Source: Gemmatimonadota bacterium
Lineage (GTDB): Bacteria > Gemmatimonadota > Gemmatimonadetes > Gemmatimonadales > GWC2-71-9
Direction of reading: 5' to 3'
DNA: 64,000 nt
Assembly (NCBI GenBank): GCA_041486305.1
Contig: JBGPLG010000013.1
Span: 153 to 64,152, forward strand
Shown: piece after piece, positions 17,835 through 27,534 of the stretch
Position numbering within the stretch: the first letter of the stretch is position 1
How the letters are laid out: every line of letters starts with the position of its first letter
The notes under the pieces: model-generated
Database searches by the model: none
Told to the model about the DNA's origin: nothing
The model's input: only the letters and a program-made list of their open reading frames with translations
Program-made: the position numbers and the translations under genes

Positions 17835-18908
17835 ATGCTGAACGCCCTACTGCTCGTCGCCACGATTACCGTCCCGGAAACCACCCCGGTCCGGGCGATA
17901 TACGTCAACGCCTGGACCTTCGGGACCAAGAAGTTCTACCAGTTGGCGCACCTGGCCGAAACAACCGAGGTCAACGCCCTCGTCATCGACGTGAAGGACG
18001 ATACGGGGTACCTGACCTTCCGGTCCGCGGTACCGGTGGCCCTGGAAATCGGCGCCAATGGGCAGCTCCGGGCCCGTGACGCCCGGGAGCGCGTGGCGCT
18101 GCTCAAGGCCAAGGGGATTCGCCCGATTGCCCGGATTGTCGTGGCCAAGGACCCCCTGCTCGCCGCGCACAAGGCGGCTTGGGCCATCCAGAACGGATCC
18201 GGTGGGGCGTGGACCGACCGGAAGGGCACCAAGTGGGTGGACGCCTTCAACGATTCGGTCTGGGTCTACGCCGCCGCCCTCGCCGCCGAGGCGGTGAGCA
18301 TCGGCTTCGAGGAGATTCAATACGACTACGTCCGGTTCCCCGACGAGTCGAGAGAGCGGATGGCCAAGGCGGTCTTTCCGGCCCGGCGGGGCATCGAATC
18401 CGCCCGGGAAGGAATCACCCGGAACCTGGCCCTGCTGGCCGCGCGCACCCGGGCGCTCAAGGTGCCGTTTACCATCGATGTCTTCGGGCTCACGACCACC
18501 GCCGAAGACGACATGGGAATCGGCCAGTACTGGGAAGACCTGGTGTCCAGTGCCGACGTGGTGCTTCCGATGGTGTATCCGAGTCACTACCGACGCGGCG
18601 TGTACGGGGTCGCGCGGCCCAATGCGTCACCTTACACCATGGTGAAGCGAGCTATCGAGGACGGGCTCCGCCGGAACAAGGCCCTGGCTCCCAGACGAAT
18701 CGCCGAGATCCGGCCCTATCTCCAGGCCTTCACACTGGGGCCGCCGCGCTACACTTCCTTTCAGGTGCGCGAACAGGTCCGGGCCCTCACCGACCTGGGC
18801 ATCCAGTCGTGGGTGCTCTGGAATCCGCGCTCGGCGTATGAGCGGGGGTACTTCCGGCCCGACACCCTGCCCGCCCCTCGTCCGGTCGGAGGGTCATCAC
18901 AGCCGTGA
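17835..18908 (+). CDS. Putative glycoside hydrolase (DUF4015-like TIM barrel), secreted
   Basis: NALVIDVKDDTG, ARIVVAKD, FEEIQYDYVRFP, PMVYPSHY, RPYLQAF. Confidence 0.75.
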   Translation: MLNALLLVATITVPETTPVRAIYVNAWTFGTKKFYQLAHLAETTEVNALVIDVKDDTGYLTFRSAVPVALEIGANGQLRARDARERVALLKAKGIRPIARIVVAKDPLLAAHKAAWAIQNGSGGAWTDRKGTKWVDAFNDSVWVYAAALAAEAVSIGFEEIQYDYVRFPDESRERMAKAVFPARRGIESAREGITRNLALLAARTRALKVPFTIDVFGLTTTAEDDMGIGQYWEDLVSSADVVLPMVYPSHYRRGVYGVARPNASPYTMVKRAIEDGLRRNKALAPRRIAEIRPYLQAFTLGPPRYTSFQVREQVRALTDLGIQSWVLWNPRSAYERGYFRPDTLPAPRPVGGSSQP

Positions 18909-20752
18909 GTTCCGTGGGACGATCGGCGGGATGCCTGGGCGGCAAGGCCGCCCTGGCCTGTGTTCTTCTCACCGTTCCGCTGATGGCCCAGCGGCGGCCC
19001 GCGCCGGCAGCCCCCTCGGGTCCGCCGCCGGGGGACTGGCAGTCGGCCGGACGAGACAACGCGCTCACCCGTTATAGCCCGCTGGACCAGATCACCACGG
19101 CGAACGTGGCCCAGCTCCGGCCGGCATGGACCTTCTCGACCGGTGCGCTCCGAGGCCACGAGGGCAATCCGCTGGTCGTGGGCTCCCTGATGTTCGTCCA
19201 TACTCCCTATCCCAACGCGGTCTACGCGCTGGATCTTTCGCTGCCCGGAGCCCCGATCAAGTGGAGCTACCTCGCCCCGTTGCCCGGTCCCGCGCCGAAG
19301 GGAGTGCCCGGTGAGCCGCCGCGGATTCCCCCGATGCCCACCGGATGCTGTGACGTCGGAAGCCGAGGTCTCGCCTGGCATTCCAGCGGCAAGATCTACG
19401 TGCCCCTCCTGAGCGGGGAGCTGGCCGCACTCGACGCCGCCACCGGCCGGGAGATCTGGCGGGTGAGAAACGCGGACCCCAAGCTCGGTGCGACGCTGGC
19501 GGCGGCGCCGCTGGTCGTACAGGACCTGGTCATCGCCGGCGTCTCGGGAGCCGAGTACGGTGTGCGCGGTTATCTGACTGCGTACGACGCGTTGACCGGG
19601 CGGCTGGTCTGGCGGGGGTACAGCACCGGCCCCGATTCCGACGTGCTGATCGACGCCGCCCCGAATCCCAACTACGTCTCGCACCAGGGCCGGGATCTCG
19701 GCGCGACGACCTGGGGTGGAGAGGCGTGGCGTCAGGGAGGCGGCACCGCTTCCGGATGGATCTCCTACGATCCCGGGCTCAACCTGGTCTACTACGGAAC
19801 CGACCAGCCCGCGCCCGGCAACCCGGCGCAGCGTCCGGGAGACAACAAGTGGACTTCGTCGATCCTGGCGCGGGAGACCGCGACCGGGAAGGTACGCTGG
19901 GCCTTTCAGATGACTCCGCACGACGAGTGGGGCTATGGCGGGTCCAATGAGAACATCCTGGTGGACCTCACGATTCACGGCGCCCCGGTCAAGGCGCTGG
20001 TGCACTTCGACCGGAACGGTTTCGCCTATGCGCTGGACCGCGCCACCGGGCGCGTACTGGTGGCTGAGCGCTTCGGCCCCGCCAACTGGGCCCGCGCCAT
20101 CGACCTGAGCAGCGGCCTTCCCCAGCGCGACCCTCAGTATGCCGCGCCCGCCCCCTCGGCCCCGCCGGGCGCGGGCGCGGCACGGCGCGCGATACCCGGG
20201 CCGGTTACCACCGGCGTCTGTCCGGGAAGCATCGGGGCCAAGTTTCTCGAGCCGGCGGCCTATTCGCCGCTGACCAACCTGTTCTATCTCCCGCTCAACA
20301 ACCTCTGCATGGAGCTTCGGATCAGCCCCGCAGCCTACGCCGCCGGGGAGCCGTATTCGGGCGTTTCCGTCAAGATGACCGCGGGACCCGGCGGTAACCG
20401 TGGCCGCTTCATCGCCTGGGACGCGGCAGCCGCAACCATCGCCTGGGAAGTGAAGGAACCCCTGGCGGTGGCGAGCGGTGCGCTCACCACCGCGGGGGGC
20501 CTGGTGTTCTACGGCACCCTCGATGGATGGCTCAAGGCGCTCGACCAGCGGACCGGCCGTGAGCTCTGGCGGTTCAAGACGCCCTCGGGCATCATCGGCA
20601 GCCCCATCGCCTTCTCCGGCCCCGACGGCAAGGAGTACATAGCGGTGCTGTCGGGCATCGGCGGTTGGTGGGGACTCGGCGCCAACGGGGCATTCGCGGA
20701 CATCGGTTCGGTGAGCAATCCTGGCGGCGTGCTGCTGGTCTTCGCCCTGTGA
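18905..20752 (+). CDS. PQQ-dependent methanol/ethanol-family dehydrogenase homolog with an altered active site
   Basis: RYSPLDQIT, GHEGNPLV, vicinal CCD, SGAEYGVRG, PHDEW, LVHFDRNG, GGLVFYGTLDG, W-docking repeats. Confidence 0.85.
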   Translation: MSSVGRSAGCLGGKAALACVLLTVPLMAQRRPAPAAPSGPPPGDWQSAGRDNALTRYSPLDQITTANVAQLRPAWTFSTGALRGHEGNPLVVGSLMFVHTPYPNAVYALDLSLPGAPIKWSYLAPLPGPAPKGVPGEPPRIPPMPTGCCDVGSRGLAWHSSGKIYVPLLSGELAALDAATGREIWRVRNADPKLGATLAAAPLVVQDLVIAGVSGAEYGVRGYLTAYDALTGRLVWRGYSTGPDSDVLIDAAPNPNYVSHQGRDLGATTWGGEAWRQGGGTASGWISYDPGLNLVYYGTDQPAPGNPAQRPGDNKWTSSILARETATGKVRWAFQMTPHDEWGYGGSNENILVDLTIHGAPVKALVHFDRNGFAYALDRATGRVLVAERFGPANWARAIDLSSGLPQRDPQYAAPAPSAPPGAGAARRAIPGPVTTGVCPGSIGAKFLEPAAYSPLTNLFYLPLNNLCMELRISPAAYAAGEPYSGVSVKMTAGPGGNRGRFIAWDAAAATIAWEVKEPLAVASGALTTAGGLVFYGTLDGWLKALDQRTGRELWRFKTPSGIIGSPIAFSGPDGKEYIAVLSGIGGWWGLGANGAFADIGSVSNPGGVLLVFAL

Positions 20753-21636
20753 GGCGTGCCTGGGCCTGGCTGGCGCTCCTGGTGTCCGCGCTCACGCTCG
20801 GTGGCGTCGCTCAGAATCCGACCCAGGCCGTGTCCCGGCGCACCGGCACCTTCAAGAATCCCCGGCTCGACGAGAGCTCGGGTGTGGTCGCCAGCCGTCG
20901 GCATCCCGGTCTGCTCTGGACCATGAACGATTCGGGCGGTGATCCCGTCCTCTTCCTCACCGACACCACCGGGGCGGCGCTCGGCGTCTACCCGGTGCGT
21001 GGCGCGTCGAACGTCGATTGGGAAGCCCTGGGCCGGGGACCCTGCGGCAACCGGGAGTGCCTGGTGATCGGGGACACCGGCGATAACGGCGAGCGCCGCA
21101 GCTCGGTGACCCTGTACCGGATGCCGGAGCCGGATACCGGCGCCGCGGCGAGACGGGCCGGCACCGGAGCGGAGTCGCTCACGCTGCGGTATCCCGACCG
21201 GCCCCATGACGTCGAAGCTCTCTACGTCGAGCCCGATGGCGCGATCGTCCTGATCACCAAGGGCCGTCGCGGGGGAGTGGTCACGTTCCGGGTGCCGGCC
21301 GAGGCTTGGGGAACGAGGCGGGTGGTGACGCCGGCCGAAGCAGACCGGCTCCCCATCCCGGCGAGCATGATGACCGGCCGCGTCGTGACCGATGCGGCCA
21401 TCGCACCCGACGGGCGGCACGTGGCCGTGCGCACCTACCGCGACGTGTATTTCTTTCTCCGGGGGTCCGACGGGCATCTCCGCGTGGACCCGAACCGGCC
21501 GGTCTGCGACATCGCCGGGAGGGAGCCCCAGGGCGAAGGCCTCGATTTCCTGGACCGGGATACCCTCGTGCTTACCAGCGAGCGCGCGACCTTTCCCGCC
21601 GGCATCATCACCCTGCTCCACTGCCCCGGCCAATGA
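20749..21636 (+). CDS. Secreted beta-propeller hypothetical protein (phytase-like/SdiA-regulated-like)
   Basis: GTG overlaps the upstream TGA; ESSG, NDSG, DWEAL, IGDTGDN, HDVEAL, QGEGL repeats. Confidence 0.6.
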   Translation: MRRAWAWLALLVSALTLGGVAQNPTQAVSRRTGTFKNPRLDESSGVVASRRHPGLLWTMNDSGGDPVLFLTDTTGAALGVYPVRGASNVDWEALGRGPCGNRECLVIGDTGDNGERRSSVTLYRMPEPDTGAAARRAGTGAESLTLRYPDRPHDVEALYVEPDGAIVLITKGRRGGVVTFRVPAEAWGTRRVVTPAEADRLPIPASMMTGRVVTDAAIAPDGRHVAVRTYRDVYFFLRGSDGHLRVDPNRPVCDIAGREPQGEGLDFLDRDTLVLTSERATFPAGIITLLHCPGQ

Positions 21637-22529
21637 GGCTCCGTCCCACGCGATGGTGGGTGGTGGTGCCACTGCTCGCCGTGCTCTGGATCGTGCTGGA
21701 CCGGCAGCGCCCCCGGCCGCCCCATACTGCGGAATGGCTCGATGCCGGCGGAGTCCTGGTGCGCGCGATTCGCGCCGGGAAGGGAGATACCACCCTGCTG
21801 CTCCTCCACGGATACGGTGAGTCGCTCACCACCTGGCGCGCGATCTTCGACCGGCTCGCCGCTCACTCGAAGGTGATCGCGATCGACCTGCCCGGCATGG
21901 GTGGAAGTGCCAAACCGGACCTGTCGTACTCGCTCCCTGCCATGACGGACCGGCTCTCCCGATTCGTCGACACCTGGATCAGCGGGCCCGTGGTGGTGGT
22001 GGGGCATTCGATGGGCGGAGAGCTGGCCGCGTCGCTCGCCCTGGCCCGCCCCGACCGTGTGAAGCTGGTGATTCTGATCGCGCCGGCGGGGTACCGGATC
22101 GGGCTCGGCGGGCTGGCCGACTCGATGTATCCAACCAAGGCGCGCCGGCTGGGGCGTTACCTGGCCTACCGCTCGTTCATCACCCCGATCCACGACCCGG
22201 GGTGGCTGGCCGAGCCGGACTCGGAGGCCGACTACGACCAGACCGGGGACACCGCATACGCCAAGGCGGCGGCGAGGATGCTGGAGGAGTTCGATTTCCG
22301 CGGTCTCAAGACCCGATTCTCGGAGCTCACCCAACCCACCCTGCTGATCTGGGGAGGCAATGACCCGGTGGTTCCCTTCGCCGTGGGAGACACGCTCTCC
22401 CGGCTGATTCCCTGCGCGCGGTTCACCGCCTTCCCGACCGCATTCCATCGGCCCCACGCCGAAATGCCGGATACCGTGCTCGCCATCATCCGGGCGTTCC
22501 TGGAGCACCCAGGCTGTGGGGGTCGATAG
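21633..22529 (+). CDS. Alpha/beta-fold hydrolase
   Basis: LLHGYGE, DLPGMGGS, GHSMGG nucleophile elbow, WGGND, FHRPH. Confidence 0.85.
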   Translation: MRLRPTRWWVVVPLLAVLWIVLDRQRPRPPHTAEWLDAGGVLVRAIRAGKGDTTLLLLHGYGESLTTWRAIFDRLAAHSKVIAIDLPGMGGSAKPDLSYSLPAMTDRLSRFVDTWISGPVVVVGHSMGGELAASLALARPDRVKLVILIAPAGYRIGLGGLADSMYPTKARRLGRYLAYRSFITPIHDPGWLAEPDSEADYDQTGDTAYAKAAARMLEEFDFRGLKTRFSELTQPTLLIWGGNDPVVPFAVGDTLSRLIPCARFTAFPTAFHRPHAEMPDTVLAIIRAFLEHPGCGGR

Positions 22530-22649
22530 GCGGTAACCTGTGAGTGGGAACCCATTTCCCCCTCGTCTCGCCACCAGGGTAGTGCGGGTGCTCGATGTCG
22601 CACTACCGCGTAGCAGCAGACGCTACTATTTTGCGGCGCTCTGCAGCAC

Positions 22650-23783
22650 GTGTCCCCCGCCAACCCGGGAGTCCATCTGGACCTGCCCACCTTTCACCGT
22701 GTTCCGGTAAGCTGGTTGCTCGAACACGGCAGCGAATCGATCCGCCTGCGAACCCATCGAGAGCTTGCCTACCCCGGTACCGTTTCGCCCGAGGCGCTGA
22801 TTGCGGACGAAGACCTGGTGGGCAAGTCCAAGATGGTGCAGGTGGTCGTCAAGAAGCAGAAGGACAACGGGGTCTGGGGCGGCAACCTGCTTGGACTGGC
22901 GGCATCGACCAAGGATGGCATCAAGGACGTAGGGACGATTCCCCAATACCGGCGTCTGCTGCAGCTTGGCCTCCCCCACTCGGCCCGCCCCTTCAAGCTC
23001 GCCGACCGGGTGCTGTTCCGAATGCTGTCCCGCGATGAGGACCCGTTCCTGCAGTTCGAATTCGCGAAGCTCTCCAAGGATTCGCCTGCGGCGGCCGAGT
23101 GGTCCCGGGAGCACATGCGCGAGGCGGCCGCCGCCGCGCTGGCCGAGGCGGGATACATCGAGGACCCCCGCCTCCGCGGCGCGGCACACAAGATCGCGTC
23201 CTCGGTATCGGCCTTCCTCCGGAGTCCGCTGGCGGAGAAGCCCTACATCCGGTCGGGCGCCAAGACCATCCTGAACCCCGAGGCCCATCCGCCCACCTGG
23301 TACTCGGTGGCGATGATCGCGGCCATGCCCAACCTCCAGCGCGAGCGCGCCGGCTTCACCGAACGGCTGGGCCAGTACCTCGGCCTGGCGATGTCGAAGA
23401 AGGCCTACGTCTGGCAGATCGGGAAGCGGGTCCACAAACCGGAGCTGCTGCTCCTGGGCGATCCGATCGTCGCCGACTCCAAGGGCAATGCGAAGGACAT
23501 TCCGCTGGCGCTGCATTTCATCGAGCTGCTGGCCCGGATCAGCGCCCTGCACACCAATCCGGTGGCCACCAAAGTCCTCGCGCGGTTGATGTCGGAGGTG
23601 GACGAGCACGGCGTGTGGCGGCCCAAGGCGCTCAAAACGGCGCCCCGCACGACCCACAAGATCACCTACCACGCCTACCCGCTCCACCAGGAGTCGAAGG
23701 GTCCCGACACCCGGGTCGTGGACGTGACGTTCCGGCTCGCGCTGATCGCGCGGCTCCTCGGCTGGCCGCTGGAGTACTTGTAG
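22650..23783 (+). CDS. Conserved hypothetical protein, possibly prenyltransferase-like (alpha/alpha)-toroid
   Basis: WLLE...IRLR, QKDNGVWG, EVDEHGVW motifs resemble QW-like repeats; good codon pattern. Confidence 0.55.
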   Translation: MSPANPGVHLDLPTFHRVPVSWLLEHGSESIRLRTHRELAYPGTVSPEALIADEDLVGKSKMVQVVVKKQKDNGVWGGNLLGLAASTKDGIKDVGTIPQYRRLLQLGLPHSARPFKLADRVLFRMLSRDEDPFLQFEFAKLSKDSPAAAEWSREHMREAAAAALAEAGYIEDPRLRGAAHKIASSVSAFLRSPLAEKPYIRSGAKTILNPEAHPPTWYSVAMIAAMPNLQRERAGFTERLGQYLGLAMSKKAYVWQIGKRVHKPELLLLGDPIVADSKGNAKDIPLALHFIELLARISALHTNPVATKVLARLMSEVDEHGVWRPKALKTAPRTTHKITYHAYPLHQESKGPDTRVVDVTFRLALIARLLGWPLEYL

Positions 23784-24469
23784 TGGCCCCGCTCGACCTG
23801 ACGACGTTTGGCTTCACGCCCACCGAGAGTCTGGTCTACGAAGTGCTGCTCCGCGGCGGCCCGGGCACCGGGTACGCCATCGCGCGCGCGGCCGGGTTGG
23901 CGCGCGCCAACGCGTATGGTGCGCTCGAGGGACTGGTGCAGAAAGGCGGCGCCCGGGTGGAGGAGGGCCGTCCCAAGCGATACCGGCCGGAGCCGCCTCC
24001 CGCCTTGATGGCGCGGATCCTGGACCGGCAGGGCCAGGCGCTGGACGACGTGAGCCGCTCGCTGGAGCAGATATCGGTGCCCGACACTCCCACGCTGGTG
24101 GAGCTGACCTCGGCGCGGGGCGCGTTGTCGATCGCCTCGCGCGAGGCGGCCCGGGCCACCGAGCGCATCCTGCTCCACGCGTCGCCCGATGCGTATCCCC
24201 CGCTGATTCCTTCCCTGCGGAAGGCCGCGAGCAGCGGGGTGACGCTCTCCCTCTCCGCTGTCGCCCCGATCGATCTGCCTTTCGCCTCGGTCGGCGTGGT
24301 CGAGCCCAGCGGCGACTGGCCCGGCCAGCCCTTCCTCCTGGTGGTGGACGGGCGCAGCGCCCTCCTTGCCGCGCGGGACGGCGAGCGGGTGCTGGGACAC
24401 TGGGGCACCGCCCCGACCCTGGTGGCGGCCGCCACGCTCGCGATCGGCAGCCTCAGAGGAGGAGCCTGA
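23783..24469 (+). CDS. TrmB-family transcriptional regulator
   Basis: FGFTPTESLVYEVLL...GYAIARAAGLARANAYGALEGLVQKG wHTH; LVVDGRSALL effector-like domain; GTG overlaps the upstream TAG. Confidence 0.8.
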   Translation: MAPLDLTTFGFTPTESLVYEVLLRGGPGTGYAIARAAGLARANAYGALEGLVQKGGARVEEGRPKRYRPEPPPALMARILDRQGQALDDVSRSLEQISVPDTPTLVELTSARGALSIASREAARATERILLHASPDAYPPLIPSLRKAASSGVTLSLSAVAPIDLPFASVGVVEPSGDWPGQPFLLVVDGRSALLAARDGERVLGHWGTAPTLVAAATLAIGSLRGGA

Positions 24470-24477
24470 CCGACGCG

Positions 24478-26064
24478 ATGGATGCGTTCTTCGAGAACCT
24501 GCGCCAGGAGTACCTCTCGGAAGCCTCGGCCCGCATGGGCGAGCTCCGGAAGGACCTTGCCGCCGCGTGCGCCGGAGAGGCCGACGCGGTTGCCTCGCTC
24601 AAGACCCGCTTCCACCGCCTCGCGGGGTCCGGCGGCAGTTACGGCTTCCCCGAGATCACCACCGCGAGCCGCGAGGCGGAGCGCTGGCTGGGCGAGCACC
24701 CGGTTCCGGACGACAACGGCTTCGCATACCTCGGGGCATCCATTGGGCGAATCGCCTCGGCGTTCGACGAGGCCGCCCGCGAGCTCGGCCTTCCCACGGC
24801 GCCGCAGAAGCGCCCGGCCTTCGGGTGGCGTGCCCACCTGATCGGCGGAGCCACCGACCTCGCCGCGCGGCTCACCTTCGCGCTGCGGGATGCCCAGTTT
24901 GCCGTCACCGCCGCGCCCATCGACACCGATCCCGCCGCGATTCCCGCCTCGGAACGGCCCGATCTCGCCGTCGTGATTCCGGGGCCCAACGAAGCGGCCG
25001 AGGCGGCGGTAGCGCACTGGACGTCGGGCGGATTCGAACGCCGCATCGGGGTGGCGTTGGTGACCGATCCGCGGGGCATCGATCTCTTGGCCGAGCCCTG
25101 GACCCGGCTCGACCTGCTGGTCCAGCTCTCCGAGGCCGATGCCGAGGTGTCGCGCTGGGCCCGAACGGTCGCGCGCACCGCGGCCTCTCCCGCTTCGGCG
25201 CTGGTCGTCCTGGCGGACTCCGCTGAGCTGGGCTCGGCGAGGGACTGGCTGGATGCCGCGGGTCTACGGGTGACCGCCGTCGCCACCGCGCACGAGGCCG
25301 GCGAGGCGCTGGCCCGGGAGCAACCTGACGTGGTGCTGCTCGACCTCACGCTGCCCGACGCCGCGGGACCGGCGCTGGTTCGGCTGATCCGGCGCACCCC
25401 TCGGCTGGCGCTCACGCCGGTCATCGCGGTTTCCGGCGGAAACACCGACGTCGAGCGGGAGGTGGCGCTGGAGTCCGGGGTGGATGAGCTGCTGGACCGG
25501 CCCCTGGTCCAGGCCCGGACCGTTTCCGCGGCGCTCCACCGTTCGGCCCGGGCCCGGCGGCTCGACGAGGCGCTGCGCCGGGATCCGCGATCCGGGTTCC
25601 TCACGGTGGGGACGCTGCTCGACGAAATGGAATCGGTCCTGGCCTACGCCCGGCGGGAGGGCGAACGGCTTTCCTTTCTCCTGCTCGACGTCGACCATTT
25701 CCGCCGGGTCAACGAGCAGCTCGGCCACCAGGTCGGCGATCACGTCTTGGCCCACGTGGCCTCCGCGATACGCGAGCGGGTCCGCGCCAGCGACCTGGCG
25801 GTTCGCATGGGAGGCGAGGAGTTCGGCATCCTGCTCCGGCACTGCGGGCCAGTCGATGCGCTGGCCATCGCCGAGCAGATCCGGGCCTCGGTGGTGAACA
25901 ATCCGCCGGTGGTCGAGGGCACGCCGATGCCGGTGCGGCTGTCGGGCGGAGTGGCCGGCTATCCGGAGCACGCGGTCGGGATGCGGGAGTTGCTGCTGGC
26001 CGCCGAGCGGGCGCTCCGGCAGGCCAAGGAGACCGGCCGGGATCGTGTGGCGGTGAGCAGCTAA
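24478..26064 (+). CDS. Hpt + degenerate receiver + receiver + GGDEF diguanylate cyclase
   Basis: FHRLAGSGGSYG (Hpt His), PDVVLLDLTLP (REC), DVDHFRRVN, RASD I-site, GGEEF. Confidence 0.88.
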   Translation: MDAFFENLRQEYLSEASARMGELRKDLAAACAGEADAVASLKTRFHRLAGSGGSYGFPEITTASREAERWLGEHPVPDDNGFAYLGASIGRIASAFDEAARELGLPTAPQKRPAFGWRAHLIGGATDLAARLTFALRDAQFAVTAAPIDTDPAAIPASERPDLAVVIPGPNEAAEAAVAHWTSGGFERRIGVALVTDPRGIDLLAEPWTRLDLLVQLSEADAEVSRWARTVARTAASPASALVVLADSAELGSARDWLDAAGLRVTAVATAHEAGEALAREQPDVVLLDLTLPDAAGPALVRLIRRTPRLALTPVIAVSGGNTDVEREVALESGVDELLDRPLVQARTVSAALHRSARARRLDEALRRDPRSGFLTVGTLLDEMESVLAYARREGERLSFLLLDVDHFRRVNEQLGHQVGDHVLAHVASAIRERVRASDLAVRMGGEEFGILLRHCGPVDALAIAEQIRASVVNNPPVVEGTPMPVRLSGGVAGYPEHAVGMRELLLAAERALRQAKETGRDRVAVSS

Positions 26065-26066
26065 AG

Positions 26067-27383
26067 GTGAATCGCGGGCCGAGGGTCTGGCTCGTGCGTG
26101 GTCTGCAATTGGTTCTCGCGGTTCTCCCAGCTCTCAGCACGGCCCTCGCCGCACAAGTACCACGGACGCCCCGCCAGGTTGCGGTCCTTTCCGGGAGAGT
26201 AACGGACACCAGCGGTACGCCGATTGCCCTGGTCGAAGTCAGAGTTCCCGCCATCGGTGCGGCAGCGAGCACCGACGCGTCCGGCTCGTTTCGACTGACC
26301 GGGATTCCCTTCGGCACGGTACATCTGGGCCTTCGACGGATCGGCTACCGGCCACTCGCCCTCGAAATCCACGTCACCCTGCCGAATCAGCAGCTCGATC
26401 CGATCGCACTCGCGCCGTTTCCGGCATTTCTCCCCGAGGTGAGCGTGGAGGGACGCCTCGAGCCTCCATCCTTCTTCCTCCGGCAGGAAGTCGATTTGGG
26501 CGGTGGTCGTATGCCGCTGCAATACCGCCCCTACGGCGCGGCCATGTCGAAGTACGAGATCTTCGCGGCCATCGCCACCCGCGCGGGGAGTGAGAAATTC
26601 CGGCACGTCAGTGTCAAGGGATACCAGGGCAATTTCGAGGGCACCAGGCAAGCCAGTGACTCGATGATCTGCCTGGACCGGGCCGAAACGCCGGTAGCGA
26701 CAAGTCTGGACGACACGGCCAGCGTGGTCCGCATACTGAATCGGGATGGGCAAGTCTGGGTGAATCGGCTGCAGGGCATGTTCGTGGAGCGAGACTGTTT
26801 CGAATCCACGCTTCTCAGTATCCCGGAGCCGATCATCTCGGCGAGCGCGGCACCCAACGGCTGGGCGGTGGTGTCGGCGGACTCACTCGGCGTGGTCCGA
26901 GTGCGCCTGTTCAACAACTTCGGGAGAGCGGTGCACTCGACCACCCTGGGGTCATTGTTCGGGCGGGAGGTGGCCGGCTCCGCCGTAACCCTGGCTCCCA
27001 GCTCCCGGGGCGTGATCCTTACCCTGGCCAGGAGCCCGTTCGATTGGGTCGAGGTCGACACGACGGGCGGGGCCGTGCTGCTCTCCGGTCCTTCTGACCG
27101 GGGAGGAAAACGCGCATTCCTGGGGGACGCAGGCGAAACGGCAGGGTGGCTGAGCTTTGCGGTCCTCCCGATCGCTCGAGGCTATCTCCAGACGCTCGAA
27201 TCCCGGGACCATACGAAACGGGTCTTGATTCTGTATGATATTTTGGGCCGGCCCAGTGGCAGGCCGGAACCGGCCGGTATCCCGGTGTGCATCGCGAGCT
27301 CGATTGAGAAACGGCACCTGCTCTGCATCAAGTACCGGAACCCCTGGGGTACCCTCTCCAGGGTGGGCGAATACGTATACTAA
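26067..27383 (+). CDS. Secreted protein with an N-terminal carboxypeptidase-regulatory-like domain and an uncharacterised beta-rich C-terminus
   Basis: LSGRVTDTSGTPIALVEV...TDASGSFRL...RRIGYRP. Confidence 0.65.
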   Translation: MNRGPRVWLVRGLQLVLAVLPALSTALAAQVPRTPRQVAVLSGRVTDTSGTPIALVEVRVPAIGAAASTDASGSFRLTGIPFGTVHLGLRRIGYRPLALEIHVTLPNQQLDPIALAPFPAFLPEVSVEGRLEPPSFFLRQEVDLGGGRMPLQYRPYGAAMSKYEIFAAIATRAGSEKFRHVSVKGYQGNFEGTRQASDSMICLDRAETPVATSLDDTASVVRILNRDGQVWVNRLQGMFVERDCFESTLLSIPEPIISASAAPNGWAVVSADSLGVVRVRLFNNFGRAVHSTTLGSLFGREVAGSAVTLAPSSRGVILTLARSPFDWVEVDTTGGAVLLSGPSDRGGKRAFLGDAGETAGWLSFAVLPIARGYLQTLESRDHTKRVLILYDILGRPSGRPEPAGIPVCIASSIEKRHLLCIKYRNPWGTLSRVGEYVY

Positions 27384-27534
27384 GGAATTGGCCGGGGTCC
27401 GGATCCCTCCGCCTCTCCCGTGTGGGAGGGTACACCCGATACCGTCTCCCACTCCGGGGCCGTAACCGTTCGGGTCCCCCTACAGCACCCCAAAGGCCGA
27501 CTTGGCACAACTGTCACAGGAGAAGGTATACACC

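Noticed and set aside
22530-22670. Possible riboswitch (hairpins at 22578-22607 and 22610-22626; a cobalamin-box-like TCCCCCGCCAAC)
   Set aside because: The conserved B12-box and other aptamer cores are not matched; the stems are short for this GC content
26067-27480. Possible horizontally acquired islet (visibly less GC-rich codon usage)
   Set aside because: No flanking repeats, tRNA, integrase or transposase; the composition shift was not quantified
27503-27518. Sigma-54 promoter upstream of the SYLF gene (TGGCACAACTGTCAC)
   Set aside because: It has a -24 element but no GC at the -12 position
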